64,000 bases of DNA, from NCBI RefSeq assembly GCF_044704955.1, contig NC_091983.1:192634001-192698000 (forward strand), read 5' to 3'. Within the stretch, counting starts at the first letter, position 1. Every line of letters starts with the position of its first letter. Below the pieces are notes generated by a model. That model ran no database searches and was not told the origin of the DNA. It saw nothing but the letters and a program-made list of their open reading frames with translations. A program made the translations under genes and the position numbers. The DNA is from Pristiophorus japonicus (Eukaryota). Shown here piece after piece: positions 12,359-24,300 of the stretch.

Positions 12359-15300
12359 GTGGGTGATGTGTATAAATATGGATTTGTTTGGTGATTTCAG
12401 CCTCTGGCGAAAGAAACATCTCAATAATATATGTTAAAATTTGCGGGTACGGGAAAGGGTGTGTGTGTGCTAGATTTAATGATGGTGCTTTCTGCTAAGG
12501 CTATCCATTAGTCACAAGCAAATATAATCATATTTGGTGCTGTATTTTGCGATTGAAGTGCAGATTGAGAATTTTGTTCTCGCTGGGTCTGAAAGCAAAA
12601 TTATTCACTTCTCGACCAGTTTTAACTGAGACAATTGAGACCGACAACGCAGGGCGCAGTGAGATGAAATACAGGTCGGCTCAATACCTAAAGGTTTTAT
12701 TTGGCGGTTGGGGGCGATCGGTTTCAAGTTTAAGGATCCCAGTTTTTGGCCGCTAATATTGTATATCTTTTAACAATTCTATTCGCAGCTAGGCCGTTGC
12801 TACAAGCCGACCTGTTTTATACACGGGTACGCGATTAACAGATAGAAGTTCTGATTCCAGTTAGCGAGGCCCAGGATCCGGGTAGTGTTATAGAAGTTTT
12901 CTCTCTCTCTCTCTCTCTCTCTTTAAGCTCTGATAACACTTTTTAAAGAGAGTGAGCGTGTTTAGAACCTGTTGGATTTCTTACTTCACAACAGCAAAGT
13001 TAAGTTGGGAGACTCGCGGTCTAAAATAAGCCTGGGGGTTCTACCAGTCATCGGTTGTTGTCTTCTGTTACATTACAAACACATGCATCGATGTTTACCG
13101 TTCGAGCCTTGTCCAGTATGTTTTCACCATTTCAGAATGATTCAATATTCCCACAGTTTAACGTCTAGATTCTCCAGATGTATATCCAGAGCAATCAATA
13201 CATAGGTATTTATGCGTATATAGAATATGTCGAGATTTATTATTGAAACCGCACATACTTTATTGAGGATAATACATACACACTTCTCCATTCGCTTGTC
13301 ATGGTAATGAAGCATTGTTTAGTGGAATTTCTCATTTCTTAAACTAGAATGCAGTGACCTGATTAGGAGATTCTACCATTGTACAATACTGATTCCCTTT
13401 ATTTAATGCATTTTCCCCTAAATTCAGACTTTACAGGCCATATCAGTCTGTTAATATTGTTGAAGGGAATGAGTAACAATTTCACATTTTCCCTAATCCT
13501 AAATATGCTCTCAGTCCGGAATGATTGGAAGTGGGGGTAAAATGTAATCCAAAATTCGCGGTCAACAACAAACCGCAGGCAAAGGCCACTATAAGGAAAT
13601 GTTTATTAAGCTTAACTCCACTTCGATGAGATTAATCAAAATGCCATATAGAGAAACGCTGAAATAATTCGAGGTATTACTGAGGGGTTTACAATGAATC
13701 ACATCGAGTATCCCATCGAGTAAAGTATTTTATCCTCTGTACATAATGCACAAAAACTCAAAAAGTTAAAGGTTTAAAGAGCAGACCCGTTGTTAATAAT
13801 GAGAGATGTGACATTGCAAGCAGATTATAAAAGACACATTCATAAATCAACATCAGCACGGAGATTGAGATGGAAATCAACACATTTACAAAAGTCAATG
13901 GTAAATAAGCAAACTGTCCCCCTATACGGTGTATATCTGGGTACGGTGGGTTTGAAAACAGTGGTAACCCAAACAGATTCCAATATATTAAATATAGGGA
14001 ATGTAAATAAAGAAGAAATAGTTATTCGTGATTAGAAGAGAGAGTTAGATAGATGAATGGATCGCCTTGTATTAGAAACCGATGAAAAACTAACAGATAA
14101 CGAAACTACCTTATTTTCTCCAATTCCCGTATATAATCCCATTGTTGGAACAATTTTATCTTCAAACACAGCTACTGATATATACTAAGAGAAACATACC
14201 ACAATAAAACGGCGGTCTAATTGAGGCTTCAGAATGGTTTTTATTTCAACAAATGTAAGTTAGTCTAACAAGATGATTAATTTGAAATGTTAACTTTAGA
14301 ACTGGACAATACAGCAAGAGACCACACTCTGGCCAAACTGAGGTGTATTCGGAAAAGTTATTGTTGCCGTAGAGTCCATTATTGTGTGATGTAATGTAAT
14401 TTGTTTTTTATGTGTAGGGATTTTCCACTTCTCACTTTCTATGAATTGATAGAATTCTTTCCACTGGTTTTCCCCCCTTAGCTATGATTTCCTAAGTGCT
14501 CCTATCCACATTCACTGAGTTTGTTTTTTTTTGTCTGATGGACTGTGGCGACACAGTGAGCTTTTTCTAACTCTGCCGGTTAGTTTATGTGAAGCACAAA
14601 CAAGGGCGCTGTATGGGTGGCAATAGGAACCGACTCGTCCCTCCAACAATCACTTTCCTCGAATCAAAGATAACTTCTTTCAACGGCTTATAACGTTGAT
14701 GGTAATTACAGTAATAGAATATGCCATATACTTTTAAGTAATTATTACACACAATAAGTGTCAAATGACCCCCTACTGACAGAAGTTAAAGGCATGTTTC
14801 CTAGTGAATAAAATCCTGTTTCTTTTTAGTTTACACATGTCAAGACTAAAGCAGTCGAGCACCTGATTAGACATTTGCTTTGCTAATAATGTTTCTAGGT
14901 GAGTCTGCAAATTTCCATTTTCTTTCAAAATCGCTCTCCTTGTCTGGAATTGATTTAAGTAATATTCCTAACGCCTGCGCATGTGATATTATAGAACTGA
15001 GAAGTTCAGAAAGGAAAAGGCTATTGCTATGGAGTGCTGGAAATGATGCGTTATGAGTTGGAATGGAATTGAAAAACTATATTGGTTCCACCAGACGCAA
15101 TATTACATAGTACTGAAAGAAGGAGATTCATAAATAATTTACATTGCTTGAAGTTTTACGTCGAGCTTTTCTGTAGTGAGAATTCTTAAAAGGCTTTTTA
15201 ATAGTTTAATTTTAGCACAGATGCATGGTTACTTAAAGTTATTGCTATTCGCAAAAGAGAACCTGAATAGTGAGCAATAACTTAAAATGCTTGGAATTGT

Positions 15301-18300
15301 TTAAATAAAAAATCCAATATCGAATTTCTATCTGATCTTCATAACATTGTTCGCAGGGTTCCACCCAGCTTTGAGCACAAAATAAGCAAATTCTTTTGCA
15401 GATTAATGTTTTTCCCCCTAGAAAGCATTTACATATATCTAAAGATAAGAAAGTATATCAACTTGGTGAAGTTACGAACAAACGAGCAATAACGTTGATA
15501 AATTATGGCAACGAATGCATCTAGTATCAATCAGATCTTTTATTTTCAACATTCAAAAGTTAATGTGTGGGCTGGGCTTTTCAATGTAAACTGAAATTGA
15601 CGCCACACGATTGGACCTTTTCCCTATATATCGATTGCTTTTCCCTGGAAGCATGCTGGCATTTCCGAATTCCCATGCTACCGTTTTTGACGGGTCACTG
15701 GTAAATTAATGGGCAGGTGGGAATATGTTCACATAATTACACATTTACCAAATTATTTCATTTCCACTAGACACTGACGTTTATACAGATATCCGACAGA
15801 ATAACTGTTTAAATATGGCTTGATGTTCTATACCTTTCCTGTCCTGGCTCATTGTGCTACTTTTGAATTCCCATCTTTGGAGAAGGTTTTAATCCCCCAC
15901 ACTATAGTCCTGTTTTTCTTCAGCTCTTGTATAAAGCAGCTGTCGGGACTCATTTAAAAAAAGTCATGACAGCTTGTCCTCATTGGGAGCAGTCAACGAG
16001 TTCAATGGGACATCATTAACTCAACACTTTCTCCCCAATGTCCCCGTCTCGCAGTTTGGCCATCCCAGACATTGTTGTAGCTTCTGCTCTCTGTACAGAT
16101 CCAGTCTCCCAAAGTCTCAACCTTTACATTCCCATGGTCTGCGAACGCAACCTGCGAGAGAAAAGTTCACACAGTCGCACCGTGCTGAGCAACAACCCCG
16201 AAAGGTGCTATAAGGACCCAATGCAATGATGCACATCACAAAACTGCAGACAGTTCGACTAATGAGGCTTTTCCAGCATTATAGACGATAGACCGCAATC
16301 ATTTTTAATATTAACTGACTACTTTGGTAAAGGACCAAATTATTGCTAACTTAAAGATTCTCGGTGCAAAATTCAAGTTACAATGCAAATTTGTTTTTAG
16401 CGTCAAGATATATGCATTTTATATCCGTTGTTTTTCCCACGTCCTTTATGTCACCTTTTTCCTACCAGAAAATAATCTGTTATTTTTTTAATGTTTTCTC
16501 GGTATGTGGCAGAGCCATATATATTGCCCATCCCTATTTTCCCTGAGAAGCTGCTGGCGAACCTTCTCCGTGAAACTCTACTGTCCTTGTGGCGACGGTG
16601 CTCCCACCCATGTAGTTCGACCATTAAAGACCCTTCACCTTCAGCCAAAGTCAGTATATTCGCCTCCACTTTCACTTTTTTTGTCTGCATTTCCCAATCA
16701 ATACACGATACCCCCGAAGTAACATCTTGACACATTGAAGTGACATGGTTGGCGAATTGTGTCAGTTTTTCAAATGAATGAAAACATGCGAGAGTGTTAA
16801 AGCAAACCTTCTAAAATAGGCGCATGCTTCCCATCGACCAGTTTAAAATGTGCTTTTCTTTTTATGTTTTCAAGCTTTTTAGGAGTTAAAGCTGGGAGTC
16901 GTTTTTTGACTGTTTAAAAGTGACATAATAGTATAACCTTACTTTTCAGCACTAGCTGCAAGCTTATTTTCAACAACTTGTTTTTAAAGGTCACAAGTTG
17001 ATGGATAGAACACAAGGAACTGCTGTCAAACTCAATATGAATTTCCAGTCACTGAACGGTTGTTGTTTTTGGTCAGAAAGTAAATCGATTCCATTAAAAA
17101 AATGAAAATCATTTCATTTTTCTAGAAGATGATTTAACCCTCGGCCCGCTTCAGATGTTGACATTTACACTCGTGTCTGCACACTGCTTCGAGTTATGCT
17201 GGTTTACCCCACTTGCAGCCATGTTTATACAATCTCCTCCAAGTACAATGTCTGAAGGAATCTCATTGCCGCAAATCTCCCGGTTTGATACTAATTAATC
17301 CTGATTGATTACTAATGTTACATGCAATGTGGCTGAAAGTACCTCTTTGTTGTTACAGGTCCCGACCTATTGCATATAAAATGATTTCGATGGGTTTAAA
17401 ATGATAAGATGTCAGGAACCAATGCTTCAGCAGACAAAGTAGACCTGGTGTTATTTATCTCATGTCTTTCTTAGTCCGAGAGGCTTGCTTGTGTATTTCA
17501 CTTCTTTCCTGCGAAAAGACAAGTTTGTGGCTATTGAAATCCGAATATTATACTGCTATTTTATTACGAAACATCACAAAGTGCTTCGATATTCTATTTA
17601 GAGGGCCATCGCCCTCTTGATTTGTAAAAGTTTATTTTCAGATTCCGCGGTTTTGATATTTATTTCCAGTTATTCCCAATGGGACCCTGAAACCCGTGCT
17701 AAATGGTGTGACTGATTGTAACTTTGTTTAGAGATACTTGCGAGGCCGATCGGCGAGAACGTTATATTAAAAACTTAAACCGATCAATTTGGCTTTTAAA
17801 AGGTCGCATTTTGGATATTCCATGCAAGGTGTGTGGGGACCGCAGTTCTGGTAAACATTATGGAGTTTACGCTTGTGACGGCTGCTCGGGATTTTTCAAG
17901 CGCAGTATTCGCCGGAACAGAACCTACGTCTGCAAATCGGGCAACCAGGTACCAACCAACCCCTGCGATCAGACTCCGCGTTGCCCTCCGCACCCTGTGC
18001 CCGGGGGGCAGCCAAGCACGGGGAATAATCACTATCTATGTTTTTAAGTGTTTTGTTTCTCTTCAAACACACGCGATGGCACGGAGTCACGCCTTCGAAA
18101 GGAGATCACATAACGTCGCTTCAAGAAGTAAAGGGACATATATTCCTACCTATTTGTGTGTTTGTTAGGCTTTATTCATGTTCACCAAGCACCTTGTAGA
18201 AAGCGCGCCTGAGCCCAGTTATTACCTGGTTCAGGTGACTGTCGGATCCAGAAACTCTGATTTGGAATGAGTATTAATTCGGATTCTAGCAGCGATAAAA

Positions 18301-21300
18301 CAAATTGTCCTAAATTATTTCAATTACTATTTTTGAAAGATTGTTGAGTTGATCTCCTGTTAAAAGAAGACGGGACGGTGGCTCCACTTACTTTTGGGTA
18401 CCAAGCGGGGTGGTAGACGCCAACTCCCATCGGTGATCTTCCTTGCTCTATTGCCTGGCCTTTATGTAAATCGTGCGTGAGACTGGCGGGGAGTGTGGGT
18501 TCGATCTCCGCCTCCCCCTAAGCAGGAGCAGCGCTGCAAAATTCTCAAAGGTTTGAACAAGTTTGATAGGACTCACTTCCCTTTGAGACTATTGCAGCAC
18601 TTGACTATGGTCAGACCATAAACCGCATTCATAAGTTATGTGTTTATAATGTGTACCTGTGTATATTTTATATGTATATATATAAGAATCATAGACATTT
18701 ACGGCACAGAAGGAGGCCATTTGGCCCATCGTGTCTGTGCCAACCGAAAAAGAGCTATCCAGCCCAATCCCACTTTCCAGCTCTTGGTCAGTAGCCCTGT
18801 AGGTCATATCCAAATAGTTTTAAAATGTGGTGATGGTTTCTGTCTCTGCCACCCTTTTAGGCAGTGAGTTCTAGACCCTCATCACCCTCTGGGTGAAAGG
18901 TTCTCTTCAACTCCCCTCTATGGCTTCGGGTGGGGTGGAGTGTAAAATGTTGCGATACATGGAGTATTGCAGTTGTGGGGAGTGGACTGGTTGGGCCGGA
19001 TGCTCTTTACCTGTCCGCCATTGTTCATTGTTCATAGCTTTACATCTAACCTTCAGGGCTGCTGACCGAGGGTTGTGCGGCTCTTTGTCGGCCTGGGCGG
19101 ACACGATGGGCCAAAATGGCCCCCTTCTGCGCTGTGAATTGCTATGTTTCTATGTAATCCTATATATATATCTTACATATGTAACTATTCATGTTTCAAG
19201 GGAATTACAGGCAGTTTGCTTCTAGTTGGCCTGTCAGTCATAAATATAATATTTACACTTTCATCTTCCTCAAAATTATTATCTGTAATAGTACTTTGAA
19301 ATTGTAAAATATCTTTGTAACTAGCGAAGTGTTTGCATCGAAACAATGAATATAAACATGTGATTTAAAATGAAATATGGTTGATCTGTGTGAGGTATAT
19401 GGTTCATTATTTTATTGTTAATATCTTTTAAAGGGCGGTTGTCCTGTAGACAAGACTCACAGAAATCAATGCAGAGCCTGCCGGCTGAAAAAGTGTCTTG
19501 AAGTTAATATGAACAAAGACGGTAAGATTTTTGATGTCAAGTTCCAGTCCCGTCACTCGCCCCACCTGCCTGAGTTTTTTTGAAGTGTGTGTGTGTGTGT
19601 GAAATGAAACAGATTAAAAGACAGTCATCCTTTTAAATATAGTACTCCTCGCCAGACATATCTCACATCCAGAAAATGCATTTTTTTAATTTTGTACCAA
19701 ATCGAAAACACGCCCTTTAGAATCTTATTTCGAACAGAAAAGATCAATTTCCCTTTAGTGCATCAGAGGCACGGCGGTGCCACGGAACACCACACGAAAT
19801 AACGTGATCCCTCCCCAACTCTGCTATCACTGGCTAACTCTGTCTTCATTTTCTTCCTAGGAGCCCTGCATTGCACACTTTCATTTACAATAACGGAAAT
19901 TCTATCATTGCTCGATTAGTTTTTAAATAATTGCAATTTCCAACTTTTATCTGAAAACAACAGGTATCTCATAGGAACAGAAAAGTCCTCACAAAAACAG
20001 CCCTCAGATTAAACAGATTATCCTGACATTTGTTACATTGCTATTTGTGGGAGTTTGCTGAGCGCAAATTAGCTGCTGATTTTCCCTACATTACAACAGT
20101 GATTACACTTCATAAGTACTTCACTGGTTGTGAGGCGCTCTGGGGCGTCCTGAGGTCCTGAAAGGGGCTACAGAAATGCAAGTCATTCCTCTCGTACACG
20201 CAGACAGACACGCACACGCAACGCAATCTATACAAAAGCAAAATACTGTGGATGCTGGAATCTGAAATAAAAATAGAAAATGCTGGGATCTCAGCAGCCT
20301 TCTGATACAGCCCTCGTGTAATCCAGTACTTATGAATTTAGAATTGCGACATGGCACATCAATTAAGTCTCCTTAAGGTCAAGTTTACATTGATTTTAAT
20401 GGTTTTCTTTCACAAGTAAGCAATCTTGTTGCGATTCAGGTTGAACGTCATTCCTGTGAGTTTCAATCTGTTAGTTCATCTGGACAAGGTGGAAATCATT
20501 TTAAAAATCGGCACACATCATTTCTTCTCAGATTGTTTTGTGTGGAACACCGTAATGTGCTGTTGCACTATTTGAAAAAAAAACATCGTGTTGGAATGGA
20601 TTATAAATATATAAGAAACTATAAAAAATGTTTCGAACTGCTCTGCCCCCAACCCTCTCTCGATACTTCTAAAGTTAAGAGGGAGAAGCTGAAGTACATT
20701 CAGATTCTGTGTTAACGTTAAAAAATTGAAAAGTTAATTTCAATAGGTTAAACTTGGCTTGGGACCAAGCTGGAGCTATACTGCGTCCCTTGCCAAGCAC
20801 GGACACTTTCTGCTTTCGTTTATATCTCGGCTGTCTTCAGCTCTCTTTCTCTCTCTGTCTCTCTCTCTCTCCCCCACACACATGATGAAGGTACCCTCAA
20901 TTCCTTTGGTTTTGGTGCCCGATGTCAGACCTAATTCCTAAGTTATACTGTGCCGCCGTTCTCTGCTCGCTGTTCACCTGAAGCTGCTTTGCATGACCAT
21001 TAAGTGGATAGTATACACCGAGGAAGTATACGATAGAGGTGTGGAATATATTTATGTATCTATTCCATCCACCACCTATTTCGTTTGCTACAAGCACTCC
21101 AGATGAAGCCGAAGATGAGTCACATCCAGACCCATGCTTATTGGTTTGGGACTGCTCCCTCAGCTGACGAGTCCACGATTCAACCTCTCAGCTACAAGGA
21201 TTGAAATTGTTAACTGTATATTTACCGGCTGTTTCTCTTCAAAAAAATATTTACGGGATGTGGACATCGTCGGCCAGCATTTACTGTCCATCCCTAATTG

Positions 21301-24300
21301 CCCTTGAGAAGGTGAGCCGCCTTGTTGAACCATTGCAGTCCATCGTAGCAGTTTTCTCTCCCAATTTTGGCACAGTCCCCAGATGTTAGTGAGGAGGGCT
21401 TTGCAGGGTAGACTGGGTTGGGCGTGCTGTTGTCGTATCCAAAGCCTGTGCCAAGGTCGATGGGTTTTATTCTTATTATTGTTTCTTGTAGCGGTTTGTT
21501 ACAACTGAGTGATTTGCTAGGCCATTTCAGCGTGCAGTTAAGAGTCAACCACATTGCTGTGGGTCTGGGGTTACCTATCGGCCAGCCCAGGTAAGGACGG
21601 CAGATTTCCTCCCCTAAAGGACATTAGTGAACCAGATGGGTTTTTGCGACAGTCTGGTAGTTTGATGGTCACCATTACTGATACTAGCTTTTTATTCTAG
21701 ATTTATTTAATTATCTGAATTTAAATTCCCCGGCTGCCGTGCTGGGATTTGAACTCACTCTCCGGATTATTAGTCCAGGCCTCTGGATTACTAGTTCAGT
21801 AACATAACCACTTTGCTACCATACAGTAATTAACACCAAATGAGCAGTTTCCTAAGATTTACTTGGACGAGTACATGGTGACTCTTGCAAACATCTCAAG
21901 TTAAAATAAGGATGGGTGTCATTTAATTGACGTTTCGTTTTTATGATTAAGACAACTGGGTATCCCGTTTGATATATGCTGCAGCAAGCGGATGACATTT
22001 ACTGCTTAGAATATAAGCACAATGGTGTGGGAGACTCGGCTGTTTTGGTGCTGGAGATGTTTCGAAACGTCTCACCGGCTTCTCGTATCAACGAATGTTC
22101 ATTCAATTCGACCTTAAAAATAATCTGCGCTTTCATTGCACTCGGTTTAACAGTTAATCGTGGCTGCTTCTTGAATGTTTAGTTAGACGATTATTGTCGG
22201 AGTAGAGTTTGTCATTGTAGTTTGTTTTCTTCTAACATCTGCTGCATGGCAGAGGAACCACGAAAGCCCACAACTATTGTGCCCAAATTTAAACTGAGCG
22301 ATATATCTGAATGGTAACTGCAAGGGGCATATGAATATTTAGCCAAGTACAAGGAACCCCCTATATCCATAAATCGCAAATAACGATTGGATTTCACATC
22401 TAGTTTTAAACTTGTGCCTGGCTTTAATGCTGCAACAATTAAGTGTCTAGTTCTGGTCCAATGTATTTTTATTACCTAGTGTTGTTTGTCATACAAAATG
22501 AGGAGACAACAAGCCACGAGGTCTTAATGTTCAGTGCGGGAAACAAAAATAAATGGTATAGTGAATAGAACTAAGTGGCAGCTCATTCAATAAATCCAGC
22601 ACAAACCTGATGGGCTGAATAGTCTCCTTCCATGCTGCAAAATCTAGGATTCTGTGGTGAAATATCACGTTGTTTCTGCCATGGTAACATTCCCTTTTAA
22701 TTTCACCTAATCACTAAGGACGTACAGCCTGCAGATAGCAAAGGTTACATTAAAAAGGGAGAATCACCTCCCTTCAATACTTTCTTTAAAAAAAAAATCA
22801 GATTTGATTCGTGCAATTTGTGCCAGACTTGAATTGGGAGTTGAGTTTATGTACACTCATTAACCAAGGATATTTCCTTGACCTTGGCACAGCCCTGAAA
22901 ACTGGGAGGTTTGCTCTAATGATAAGAGGGTGTCTTCATAAACTCACGTCCATTTTCAACTTTTTTGGTTTATTCCAACTTCATTTTTCACAAAACCACC
23001 AAGACCAGGTTTAGACTAAAGAACTTAAGCTTTGATCGTTTTCCTCATAGCTCATTCCCTTTACAGTTGGGATCATTCTTATGGGTGTTTTTTGCATCCT
23101 TTCCAAAGCATGTATGCACATTTCAAAGTGCGCTGAGCAAAACTATACACAGTACACCAAAGGTCGTGTGATCAGTGCATTATAGTCCTTATATACGTAC
23201 AATGCCAACATTGTACATGTTTCTTCACAGTAGCTTAATATTAAAAGTGATGAGTTTACTGTTACTCCCAGACCCATTTAAAAATCTCAGTCTAATAATT
23301 CTACTTCCTTCACTGTATACTTTTTCACCGTATTTTACCATTCTCCTTTTTGGTGCCCAAATTAGCAATTGATCTAAGTTTTACTATAAATCATCAACTG
23401 CATCCCACATCCCTACAGCCCCCACTATTTTATCAAATTCATAATTAGTTTCTGCATCCAGACATTTATGCAGATAAGAATCAACAAGGCTCAAAGCACT
23501 GACCCAATTGACACTCCAATCAGCATCTCTCCCCCAGTCCAAGACTATGGCAGTCACAAGAAGTCCCTGTTTCCTATTTATTATCCAATGTTTCATCTAG
23601 TGCCATTTTTCTACTCTGGAATCCCTTGCTTTTAGTTTTATTTGAAGCTTTTCAGCTAGAACTTGGTCAAAGGCATTCTGAAAATCCAAGTGAACATAAG
23701 AACATAAGAAATAGGAGCAGAAATAGGCCATTCAACTCCTCGAGCCTGCTCTGTCATTCAATAAGATCATGGCTGAACCTTTACATCAACTCTGCTTTCC
23801 CGCCCTATCTTCAAATCTCTTTATTACCTTAGTGCCCAAAAATCTATCGATCTCAGCCTTGAATCATCTGAGCATCCACAGCCCTCTGGGGTAGAAAATT
23901 CCAAAGATTCACAACCCTCCGAGTGAAGGAATTTCTCCTTATCTCAGTCTCAAATGGCTGACCCCTTATCTTAAGACTTTGTCCACTAATTCTAGATGCT
24001 CCAGCCAGGGAAAACAGCCTCTCACCATCTACTTTCTCAAGCCCTCTAAGAATTTTATACATTTTATGAGTTCACATCTCATTCTTCTAAACTCAAGAGA
24101 ATATAGGCCCCTTCTACTCAATCTCACCTCATAGGAATGCATATGATATGTTAACCTTTATTGCAAGGGTATAGCGATTTACTTTAAAGAAAGAACTTTC
24201 ATTTACATAGTGCCTTTCAAAACATTGGTCATCCCAAAGTGCTTTAAAGCCAATTAAGTACTTTTGAAATGTAGTCACTGTTGTAATGTAGGAAACATGG

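Noticed and set aside
17724-17802. N-terminal extension in frame with exon 2
   Set aside because: It starts at TTG, and the true ATG exon is at 12334 with matching phase.
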